Shown one piece after another: positions 24,918 through 32,995 of a stretch of DNA of 44,329 nucleotides. Below the pieces are notes generated by a model. It saw nothing but the letters and a program-made list of their open reading frames with translations, did no database searches and was not told the origin of the DNA. The position numbers and the translations under genes are program-made. This stretch comes from an uncultured Planctomycetia bacterium (GTDB lineage Bacteria; Omnitrophota; Gorgyraeia; 2-02-FULL-51-18), in contig CAZXLF010000009.1 in assembly GCA_964642015.1 (NCBI GenBank), positions 1,435-45,763 on the forward strand. Direction: 5' to 3'. The number at the start of each line of letters is the position of its first letter. Position 1 is the first letter of the stretch.

Positions 24918-26891
24918 TTAATGATTAAATCTTTTTAAGTAATTCTTTAGCCGGGCCAAACCGTACTTATTTCTAAGAACTGTCATCGTGTCTAAAATGC
25001 TATCTTTGATCTTAGAAAATAGCGTTTTTGGATGCCATAGCTGGGGTTCAAGGGAATCTGTGCCGGGAGGACGAACCCAAGGATAGGAAGGTTGACTGAT
25101 ACCTTGGAATTTCTTTGGCGGCTCGACCAAGTTTTCATAGAGTATTACGCCCCACGACATTTCTTCATATCTTTCCCAACCAAAAACAGCATCTTTCGTT
25201 GGATCCGAGTTAAAGCGGTTTTGAGCTGAATTATCAAATATATTTGTAAAAGTAATCACAGTGCCCGCAGGCATAGCGATGGGTTCTTTCAGCCGATAAG
25301 CGACCACATTGAAGTTGTACCTGAATTCAGGGATAGAAAAAATGGTCGCAACCCGCCCGTCAGGATATCTCACCGTTACAGTTTCTGAACGGCCACGGTA
25401 ATGCATGTGCGGTCCTACTCCATAAAGTATGGCGGGATCTTTGAACGTATGAGTTAATTTCATCTCATAATGTTTGCTGCCAGCAGGGATCCTAAGCGAC
25501 TGGTCTACCAGGATTTCGCAGACTATAGGTCTAAGAGGTTTATCTGAAAGATAAATTCCCAATTGACTAGCATCCTCCTCGATTTTTCCGGTAGTGAGAT
25601 AGTGAGTCACAAAAAAGATCTTACTTCCTTTTGGAATAAACCTCCCAGTCCCTTCTGGGAACGGCGCTGAAAATTGATCAAGCCCCGGAACATAACCTGC
25701 CAAATACTCAATTCCCAAAGGCGGATCTCCCGGCAATATATAACTCGGGGTTTGGTAAGGGCTGATGACCTTTGTGAATGCATGCGCATGATGAAGGACC
25801 TTTTTGTTGCCTGGTTTATAATAAATTGCTTTTGCCCAAACATCTTCTTTAAGATTTGTCTCAACATACACATCCATTCGCTTTAAGATCCCTGTGGCAG
25901 GCAGCTTGATCTTCGGCTTAGATATGATGATATCAGGCCGACCTAACGGCCACTCTTCACTGCTTTTTTGGACAGCCTTTTGATATACAGCAGGCAAAGT
26001 ATCAGGATCTTTCCCACGCGGAGAACCTGTCTCGATCCATTTCACAAGAGCGCTGACTTCTTCGGGAGTAATGTCATGAATGCTTTTGACCGTCGAATAC
26101 CTGGTGTCAAACATCCGCGGAGGCATGCGGTGCGTGCGGACAACCTCCCAGATCATCGGTGACCAATTTTTAACAGCGTTATAGTCCGTCATGGCCCAAG
26201 GCGCGACGTCCCCTGAGTTGTGACAATGCACGCAATTAGCTACCAAAATAGGCACGATCTGTTTTGAGTAAGAAACATTCAAAGGTACTTTAAAATCAAG
26301 GAGGCATCCTATCGGCTCTGTTTGTGAAATTCTCTGAGGTTTCTTTTGAACAAGAGAATTAACAGCGTTGACCAGATAGTCATTATTCGCTTTTTCTTTC
26401 TGAATGCCGTAATCAAACCGGTCGTCGACTTTTCCGCGGTAAACGATCCGCCAATTCTTGGGGTTGATCAATAGCACTTCCCCCGAACGCGTGATGTGCA
26501 ATGAAGGTACGATGATCTGCGCGGAGTCCATAAGGATCGGGAAATTGATCTTGAACTGGTTTTCCTCTTCTTTGAGCTGGCTGTAGCCATCCTGGCTGGC
26601 GTCGATCAAAAATATGGGGACTTGTTCGGCGGAAAATTTATCTCTTAACTTCTGAAGTGCAATAAGGTCGTGCCTGGCGATTGGGCAGCCGATCCGGTAT
26701 GAAAAAAGAACGATCGCTTTCGCATCGGAATAATAATACAACTCATGAGAAACCGCGTTCTGATCCCAAAGCGTAAAATTCTCAGCTTTCTCACCCGGTG
26801 AAAAATCGCTCCAGGGGATAAATTCCCATGACAAAAAAGCCGCAACGAAAATCGTCGCGGTGGTCAATAAAATTTTATTGGTCAGATTCAT
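24918..26891 (-). CDS. Exported redoxin + heme c + copper type II monooxygenase-like protein
   Basis: Signal/TM, AhpC-like CPIA...YRGKVDD, CVHCH, RMPP, VLHHAH, PHMHYRG, EEM. Confidence 0.8.
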   Translation of the reverse strand: MNLTNKILLTTATIFVAAFLSWEFIPWSDFSPGEKAENFTLWDQNAVSHELYYYSDAKAIVLFSYRIGCPIARHDLIALQKLRDKFSAEQVPIFLIDASQDGYSQLKEEENQFKINFPILMDSAQIIVPSLHITRSGEVLLINPKNWRIVYRGKVDDRFDYGIQKEKANNDYLVNAVNSLVQKKPQRISQTEPIGCLLDFKVPLNVSYSKQIVPILVANCVHCHNSGDVAPWAMTDYNAVKNWSPMIWEVVRTHRMPPRMFDTRYSTVKSIHDITPEEVSALVKWIETGSPRGKDPDTLPAVYQKAVQKSSEEWPLGRPDIIISKPKIKLPATGILKRMDVYVETNLKEDVWAKAIYYKPGNKKVLHHAHAFTKVISPYQTPSYILPGDPPLGIEYLAGYVPGLDQFSAPFPEGTGRFIPKGSKIFFVTHYLTTGKIEEDASQLGIYLSDKPLRPIVCEILVDQSLRIPAGSKHYEMKLTHTFKDPAILYGVGPHMHYRGRSETVTVRYPDGRVATIFSIPEFRYNFNVVAYRLKEPIAMPAGTVITFTNIFDNSAQNRFNSDPTKDAVFGWERYEEMSWGVILYENLVEPPKKFQGISQPSYPWVRPPGTDSLEPQLWHPKTLFSKIKDSILDTMTVLRNKYGLARLKNYLKRFNH

Positions 26892-27142
26892 TTTCTATCG
26901 TTCAACAAATTGCATCTTTCTAAACGATCGTTCCCGATCACACAATTCATATTTTGTGCTTAGTCTCATAGAAAACTTTTTGAGTATCGCCTGGCATCGT
27001 CTAGTTGCGTCTATTAGCGTTAGTGTACGAAATGTCGGCAATTGTGGCAATAAAAACTCTGGGGTGTTATGCGTCTGGTTTCGTCTAGATGCGTCTAATG
27101 GAGGCGCTAGTAGTATCCCAAAATATGTGGGTAAATCTCAAA

Positions 27143-27634
27143 CTAGGGAGAAACGCTCTCGGCCTCTATATTTTCACGGTAGGAACGGCCGCGAGGACCG
27201 ATGAAAGTTATTTCTTCGATCTTGAATTTCATAATGACGTATTTGTCGACGATCTCAAGCTCATAATGTTGATGTCTTTTCCCTGTTTTAACGGCCTCAA
27301 TAACACGCGTGACGGAAAGCTCCAGGACCTTCTTGTCAACTTCCTTTGAAATGCGATTAAATTCTTCTCCTCCCGCAATCAACTCAATAGGACCTCTCAG
27401 CCGATATCCATCTAAAGTTTCAACATCCAAAAATGACAAAGAGGCTTTTGGACTTGTTTTTAAGTTGCTCTTCGTTGTCGCAAACGAATAATCAACGAGA
27501 TAAATATAGGGCGGTTCGTATTTAAGAAAAAGTTTTGGCGTGGCATCCGGTTGGCCCTTTTCGTCAACCGTAGCCACGACCAAAAACCTAACCTTTTCTA
27601 ACAGCTTTCCCAGATCAATGATTTCAGGCGACAC
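27143..27634 (-). CDS. Pyridoxamine 5'-phosphate oxidase-like FMN-binding protein
   Basis: VVATVDEKGQPDATPK, TKSNLKTSPKASL, GYRLRG; GTG 27634 downstream of GAGGAGG. Confidence 0.78.
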   Translation of the reverse strand: MSPEIIDLGKLLEKVRFLVVATVDEKGQPDATPKLFLKYEPPYIYLVDYSFATTKSNLKTSPKASLSFLDVETLDGYRLRGPIELIAGGEEFNRISKEVDKKVLELSVTRVIEAVKTGKRHQHYELEIVDKYVIMKFKIEEITFIGPRGRSYRENIEAESVSP

Positions 27635-27656
27635 GCAAAGAATACCCTCCTCATCT

Positions 27657-28364
27657 CTACTGCACCTGGATGTTTTTTGCCGCTTGTGCCGCATTCTTAA
27701 TCTTTGGCAAGCGAATGGTCAGCACACCGTTCTTGCTCTCGGCGGTCATACCATTGGAATCTGCATCGGTCGGGATCGGAAAACTCCGCATAAAGGACCC
27801 AAAGCTGCTTTCCATTCGATAGTACCCGCCGTTTTGAGCGTTTTCCTCTTTCTCCGATTTCCTTTCTCCGGAGATCATTAGCACATTGTTCTGTATTTTT
27901 ACATTGATCTTATCCTTTTCAACGCCCGGCAAATCAAGCCGGATCAGATAGGCGTCAGCGGTCTCTTGCATATCTAGGTCAGGCTCATAGGACATGTTTT
28001 GTCTGGCAAAACCATTTCCCCTCGGCCCGCGATTAAAACTATCACGAAACATTCGGTTCATCACATTCTGGATTTGATCCATTTCTTCAAAAGGGTCCCA
28101 TGAATCAAAGCCCGAATTAAAGAATGGGTCCTTCCAGTATCCTGCATAGCCGAACGGAAAAGTCGAAGTAGCTCTCCGTGCCCGGGCTTGGGAAGGCAAC
28201 GTTCCGCCATAAATGGAGCCGTTTGCACCTTGTGAAGTAACCGGATAGGCAGTTTCCCTATCATTCGTACGCGCGTTTTTTGATCTGAATAGATAAACAC
28301 TCTCAGCAGCAAGCGCGACTGCGAGAATCACGACCGCCGCCGCGAGCCAGCGATTCGCTTTCAT
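27657..28364 (-). CDS. Hsp20/alpha-crystallin protein with N-terminal hydrophobic anchor or signal
   Basis: DLPGVEK, ISGER, FGSFMRSF, KNGVLTIRLPK; N-terminus MKANRWLAAAVVILAVALAA. Confidence 0.9.
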   Translation of the reverse strand: MKANRWLAAAVVILAVALAAESVYLFRSKNARTNDRETAYPVTSQGANGSIYGGTLPSQARARRATSTFPFGYAGYWKDPFFNSGFDSWDPFEEMDQIQNVMNRMFRDSFNRGPRGNGFARQNMSYEPDLDMQETADAYLIRLDLPGVEKDKINVKIQNNVLMISGERKSEKEENAQNGGYYRMESSFGSFMRSFPIPTDADSNGMTAESKNGVLTIRLPKIKNAAQAAKNIQVQ

Positions 28365-28387
28365 GGTTTACAATCCTCCTTTTATAT

Positions 28388-28783
28388 TTATTCTATGCTT
28401 ATTCTTTTAGGTTCTGGCTTTTCAACCTTTGGTATAGTCACCCGAAGAAGTCCATTTTCGAACTGGGCACGAATATTTTCCTTTTGCACTTCTCTTCCTA
28501 GTACAAATACCCTCCTATATTGCCGAGGGCGACGCTCCACATAAAGCGGTGTGTACTCTTTCGGAAGATCCGGCTCAACTGTCCTTCCGGCTATGGTCAG
28601 CTCATCACCCTCGATCGCCAACTGAGCCCCTTCTTTTGGAACCCCAGCCATTTCGGTTTCGAGAATCACTTCCTTTTCCGTCTCGAAGATGTCGACCGGC
28701 GGCAAAACAATTCGAGCATCAGGCTCATGTTTCAACACTCTTCTTTGTCCGTTGTCACTCGATACGCTTTTTTGTGTCAGCAT
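28388..28783 (-). CDS. Hsp20 family small heat shock protein
   Basis: PPVDIFE, EMAGV, YRRVF, FENGLLRVTIPK. Confidence 0.92.
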   Translation of the reverse strand: MLTQKSVSSDNGQRRVLKHEPDARIVLPPVDIFETEKEVILETEMAGVPKEGAQLAIEGDELTIAGRTVEPDLPKEYTPLYVERRPRQYRRVFVLGREVQKENIRAQFENGLLRVTIPKVEKPEPKRISIE

Positions 28784-28796
28784 AGAAGCCTCCTAA

Positions 28797-29267
28797 TTAA
28801 TTCACGTCTATCTTGATCTGTTTTGGCTTGGCCTCCTCTTTCTTGGGCAGCGTAAGTTCAAGGACGCCGTTTTTGTAAGATGCTTTTACTTTCGTGTCAT
28901 CCACTGCCGTCGGCAATGATATGGCGCGATAGAAGCTGCCATAGAAACGCTCCGTGCGGACGAGACCTTTTTCCTTCCTTTCAGTTTCTTCTTTCTTCTC
29001 GCCCTTTATAACGAGTGTGCCGTTCTGAACTGAAACATCGATATCTTCCTTTTTAAGGCCCGGAAGATCGGCTTTCACGACCAGATTATCTTTTGAATCA
29101 TGCACATCAATGGCCGGCGCCCATGCACTTTCCAAAAGACCATGCTCCCGATCTCCCCACCGAGATAATGAGAGGTCATTGAAGAGATTATTCATCTCTT
29201 TTTGGATGTCCAGGAGATCCGTGAACGGATTCCGGCTTGTTTCTTGTCTACGTGGTATCAGGTTCAT
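28797..29267 (-). CDS. Hsp20 family small heat shock protein
   Basis: WAPAIDV, ADLPGL, ERFYGSFYR, YKNGVLELTLPK. Confidence 0.95.
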   Translation of the reverse strand: MNLIPRRQETSRNPFTDLLDIQKEMNNLFNDLSLSRWGDREHGLLESAWAPAIDVHDSKDNLVVKADLPGLKKEDIDVSVQNGTLVIKGEKKEETERKEKGLVRTERFYGSFYRAISLPTAVDDTKVKASYKNGVLELTLPKKEEAKPKQIKIDVN

Positions 29268-29287
29268 GTTTTTATCCTCCTTTGTTT

Positions 29288-29314
29288 TTAGCGCTCTCAG
29301 CCTGAGAGTGCCAA
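29288..29314. promoter_or_regulatory. CIRCE element (HrcA operator)
   Basis: TTAGCGCTC-N9-GAGTGCCAA versus consensus TTAGCACTC-N9-GAGTGCTAA; lies just upstream of the Hsp20 RBS. Confidence 0.9.
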
Positions 29315-29331
29315 CTCTTAAGCAAAAAAAT

Positions 29332-29640
29332 TTATGGGTTGGTGATGACTTTGGCTTCCATCTCCAAGATCACCTTAACACCCCCGACATTGACATGTCT
29401 TTCGCGCATGTAATACCAAACATGATTTATGCGTTCGAGCTCTTTTTTAGAGTAGAGACGTGATTTACCCTTCGCCCTCGGCGGACTAACTACCTTTTCG
29501 CGATCTAATTGCTTCAGGATCCAAATCGGGATCTCCAAAAGACGGCTTACAACGCCGCTCGTATACACAGGCTCGTCTTCCGCTACTTGAATATCCCGCC
29601 TGCCCTGATTCTTAAGAGCTTCGACCTTCGCCTTCTTCAT
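29332..29640 (-). CDS. MerR-family (HspR-like) transcriptional regulator
   Basis: DEPVYTSGVVSRLL, VSPPRAKGKSRLYS, VNVGGVKVILEM; upstream of Hsp20 genes. Confidence 0.82.
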   Translation of the reverse strand: MKKAKVEALKNQGRRDIQVAEDEPVYTSGVVSRLLEIPIWILKQLDREKVVSPPRAKGKSRLYSKKELERINHVWYYMRERHVNVGGVKVILEMEAKVITNP

Positions 29641-29667
29641 AGGACCACTCCCCTTGAACCCGATTAA

Positions 29668-29696
29668 CTTATACCATATTCGAAAATATTTGTCAA
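29668..29696 (-). promoter_or_regulatory. Sigma70-type promoter of the HspR-like/Hsp20 operon
   Basis: TTGACA (29696-29691), 17 nt spacer, TATAAG preceded by extended TG. Confidence 0.75.
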
Positions 29697-29839
29697 TATT
29701 TCGAAATAATTATTTCGTTAATGGGACAGATGAGGTCTACGCTGATATAACGAGGAATGAATTGGTATCCCAGTGGTATCCCGAACCACTTATGGCACAT
29801 TCTTAGAATGTTTAAGATGAGCCGGATAAACGAGTTGGA

Positions 29840-30577
29840 CTAACGGACATTCCAGATTTTGTGCATCTGAGGGATCACGCGGACATCGGAAAGTTTGCTT
29901 TTGGCCTTATAGAAGAAATCATTCTCGATGATCTTCAAAGCGTCGGAATTAATACCAAACAAGTCGCTTAACGGTTGAAAAATAAAAGGGATGTGAGGAT
30001 TGATGTCTTTCAGCGTCTGGATACAGCGCTCAATCTCTTCGCCGATCGTATCCGGCGTCACAACGACCTTGACGAATACTTCTTTTGCAAGCGCTATCCT
30101 CAAAAAATCTTCATGCTCCGCATCAAATCCCCTGTCCATCGTGCTGGAAGAAGGCTTCATATCCATCGCGATAATATCGCACCATTTTATCACCTGCGAT
30201 AATTCGCGCGGCAGTGTACCGTTGGTTTCAAGATAAACAGTGATCCCTCTTTCTTTGAGCTTCGGCAGAAAATTTTTGAGGAACGGCGCGTAAAAAAGCG
30301 GCTCTCCTCCGGTCAAGGAAATGGAATGATGCGGTCCTTTTTCTATTTCCATGTGATCGATTGAAAGAAGCAGTTTTTCCAGAGCATAGATCTCGAATCT
30401 TTCTTCTTTCATTTTTTCCAGCTCATCGCAATAAACACAGTGCATATTGCAGCGGCCGAAGCGAACAAAGATCTGCTTCACACCCAAATACGGGCCCTCA
30501 CCTTGAAGTGAGGAAAAAATCTCGCTTATTTCGGTTTCGGTTTGTTTATCAATGGATTTGAATGGTTTCTCAGGCAT
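29840..30577 (-). CDS. queE: 7-carboxy-7-deazaguanine synthase (radical SAM)
   Basis: EIFSSLQGEG, CNMHCVYCD, LTGGEP, LETNG, PQMHK; ATG 30577. Confidence 0.93.
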   Translation of the reverse strand: MPEKPFKSIDKQTETEISEIFSSLQGEGPYLGVKQIFVRFGRCNMHCVYCDELEKMKEERFEIYALEKLLLSIDHMEIEKGPHHSISLTGGEPLFYAPFLKNFLPKLKERGITVYLETNGTLPRELSQVIKWCDIIAMDMKPSSSTMDRGFDAEHEDFLRIALAKEVFVKVVVTPDTIGEEIERCIQTLKDINPHIPFIFQPLSDLFGINSDALKIIENDFFYKAKSKLSDVRVIPQMHKIWNVR

Positions 30578-30944
30578 AAAAGCTTGCGCTCGCTCCCGGT
30601 GTTTCCCAGACAGTGACTTTCGCGATCTTTGCATTGGCAGATTTAAAATTCTTTGAAAGCCGGTCATAAATGATCTTTGCGATATTCTCGGTCGATGGAT
30701 TTAAGATCTCGTTCTTGAAGTCAGGATGTTCGTTGAATGATTTTTCATGGAATTCGGCAAGCACTTTTTTGAGGCTCGGTTTCAATGCCTCAAAATCGAC
30801 CACGACACCCATTGAGTCCAATTTTTCTGAACGCATCACGACCGACACTTTCCAATTGTGTCCGTGTCGGTGTTCCCACGTGCCGTCATATAATTTTAAA
30901 AAATGTGCCGCCGAGAACTCATCCTGGACTTCGACTTCATACAT
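30570..30944 (-). CDS. queD: 6-carboxy-5,6,7,8-tetrahydropterin synthase
   Basis: FSAAH, HGHNW, NPSTENIA, VWET; ATG 30944 immediately after the murI stop. Confidence 0.92.
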   Translation of the reverse strand: MYEVEVQDEFSAAHFLKLYDGTWEHRHGHNWKVSVVMRSEKLDSMGVVVDFEALKPSLKKVLAEFHEKSFNEHPDFKNEILNPSTENIAKIIYDRLSKNFKSANAKIAKVTVWETPGASASFYA

Positions 30945-30946
30945 AT

Positions 30947-31780
30947 CTAATTCCCCACTTTCGCGACAGAACGAATAGGCCTGCCAAGAAATCTCTCGCC
31001 AAGCGTCCTGAACTGTTCCGGCTCGTCGGAAACATAAAACTGCGTCTTTTGATGGTTTGTGCTTTTTCTGGAATTCAAATTCAAAGTTTCCAAAAGTATC
31101 CGCGTTTCTTTCGCCGTCTCTTCGGCAGAATTGATCAAAGACACGCGCGTACCGATCGTTTTCTGGATCACCTTTGTCAATAAAGGATAATGCGTGCAAC
31201 CCAGGATCAACGTATCGATACCAAATGATTTTAAATGAGAAAGATACATCTTAGCCACCTTTGAAACTATTTCGCCTTCAAGCCAACCCTCCTCAACAAA
31301 CGGCACAAAAAGCGGGCACGCTTCACTGTAAGTTTTTATTGAAGGGTCCATTTTTTTCAAGCATGCCTCGTATGATCCGCTGCCAATCGTAGACCTTGTG
31401 CCGATAATACCGATACGGCCGTTCTTTGTTTTCGCAAGCGCCTGTCGAGCACCAGGCTCAATGACACCGATCACTGGAAATAAAAACTCTTTCTTCAGCG
31501 CATCCAGACTAAGCGCGGATGCCGTATTGCAGGCGACCACGACGATCTTTGTGCCAAAACTTTTTAAAAAATTCACGTTGTCGATGGAGAATTTCGTGAT
31601 CGTCTCTTTGGACTTTGTACCATACGGCAAATGGGCCGTATCTCCGAAATACACGACATTTTCGCCGGGCACTTCACGGCAAATCTCTTTCAGAACAGTC
31701 AACCCCCCGATACCGGAATCAAAGATCCCTATCGGACGGCTCGCGCCGCTCTTCCCGGAAAGTTCACCAACCCTGCTCAC
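30947..31780 (-). CDS. murI: Glutamate racemase
   Basis: FDSGIGGL, PYGTKS, ACNTAS, LGCTHYP. Confidence 0.97.
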   Translation of the reverse strand: MSRVGELSGKSGASRPIGIFDSGIGGLTVLKEICREVPGENVVYFGDTAHLPYGTKSKETITKFSIDNVNFLKSFGTKIVVVACNTASALSLDALKKEFLFPVIGVIEPGARQALAKTKNGRIGIIGTRSTIGSGSYEACLKKMDPSIKTYSEACPLFVPFVEEGWLEGEIVSKVAKMYLSHLKSFGIDTLILGCTHYPLLTKVIQKTIGTRVSLINSAEETAKETRILLETLNLNSRKSTNHQKTQFYVSDEPEQFRTLGERFLGRPIRSVAKVGN

Positions 31781-32856
31781 TTGGTAAAACCATCCGTCTT
31801 TTCAAATTCTAATTTGTAATTGAAAAATCCGGTGGCGATCGCGCGCGCCAGATCTTCCTGATAATTGGGGTCGCTCAGTTTTTTCTCATCCTCCGGGTTC
31901 GTTAAATACCCGGTCTCCACGAGGATCGAAGGACACTCCGTCCATTTTAAAACATGGAACTGAGCGGATTTCACCCTTTGAGCGCCGATAGACACGGACC
32001 TTTGCGCCGCTGCCGCGATGTCCCGCGCCGCAAATATCGACTCTTTGCGGTTTTCGGATGCCTCAAGATCCAAATAGATCGCTTTCACATCTTTTGTCGG
32101 TGACTGCACATGCGCCGTGCCGAGAAAAACCTCGTTCTCCGCGTTCGCAAGAGCGACCGATGCGTCATCGGACTCTTGGGAAAGATAATAGACCTCGAAT
32201 CCTTTAAGTGATCTCGAAAGCGAAGCGTTCGCGTGAATGCTGATAAAGAAATCCGCATGCTCTTCGTTCGCTATTTTCGAGCGCTGTGGAAGCGGAACGA
32301 AATTATCATAGCTGCGCGTCAAAATGGTTTCAATGCCCATACCGCGGAGTTCCGAAGCGACAAGTTCGGCTATCCTGAGCGCGATCACCTTTTCCTGAAA
32401 ACCCGATGGGCTGATGGCGCCAAGATCATAGCCGCCGTGCCCGGCATCGATCACAACCCTTTTAATGCGATGAGTCGGCGGTTGAGAAACAGCATTAAGC
32501 ATTGGCGGGGCAAGCCGCTCAAAATAAGCCGCCGCTGATAAGGGTGCCATTAATTCTCCCTGGTGATACAGTATTTTTTCGCGGAGCTTGATCAACCCTT
32601 CAGGCCTTAGAATGAATTCACTGTCCGCATGCAGCTTCAAAAAGCCCGACGCTCCGGTCACCACCGCATTTTTAAGGATAGGGTCCCATTGGACCGCCAG
32701 GCCTTTTTCATGCGACAAAGCATCTATCGAAAAGTAAGGCGAGCCATTGATCATGATCGAGGAATAACCGCCTTGCGCAAAAACAATCGGTGAAATGAAC
32801 GCTGTTAAAAAAACGGTTAAAACCGACAAACCAATGTATCGAGTGTATTTACTCAT
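31777..32856 (-). CDS. N-acetylmuramoyl-L-alanine amidase (Amidase_3, AmiC-like)
   Basis: Signal peptide, IDAGHGG, QEK, SIHANA, LVETGYLTN. Confidence 0.93.
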   Translation of the reverse strand: MSKYTRYIGLSVLTVFLTAFISPIVFAQGGYSSIMINGSPYFSIDALSHEKGLAVQWDPILKNAVVTGASGFLKLHADSEFILRPEGLIKLREKILYHQGELMAPLSAAAYFERLAPPMLNAVSQPPTHRIKRVVIDAGHGGYDLGAISPSGFQEKVIALRIAELVASELRGMGIETILTRSYDNFVPLPQRSKIANEEHADFFISIHANASLSRSLKGFEVYYLSQESDDASVALANAENEVFLGTAHVQSPTKDVKAIYLDLEASENRKESIFAARDIAAAAQRSVSIGAQRVKSAQFHVLKWTECPSILVETGYLTNPEDEKKLSDPNYQEDLARAIATGFFNYKLEFEKTDGFTK

Positions 32857-32995
32857 AAGTAAGAGTTGAGGCCGTTAAAATCACTTTCAAAACATCATTT
32901 GATGACTTTTTATACCATATTTAACAGCTAAACTCAAAAAGACTTAGGGGCTTCTTTTTATTTTACGATTTCGCGTTCTTGGGTATAATGCCACC

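Noticed and set aside
29763-29781. Tandem TGGTATCCC repeat (partial copy near 27113) as integrase arm sites bounding an Hsp20 island
   Set aside because: Too short, with no integrase, tRNA target or flanking direct repeat seen.
29840-30944. queD/queE as part of a 7-deazaguanine DNA-modification (dpd) system
   Set aside because: No dpdA/tgt-like gene nearby; the context is housekeeping (murI, amidase).
30945-31199. N-terminal extension of QueD in the track (likewise QueE, RdgB, BolA and the PNPOx-like gene)
   Set aside because: The extensions overlap upstream genes; better starts exist at the family N-termini.
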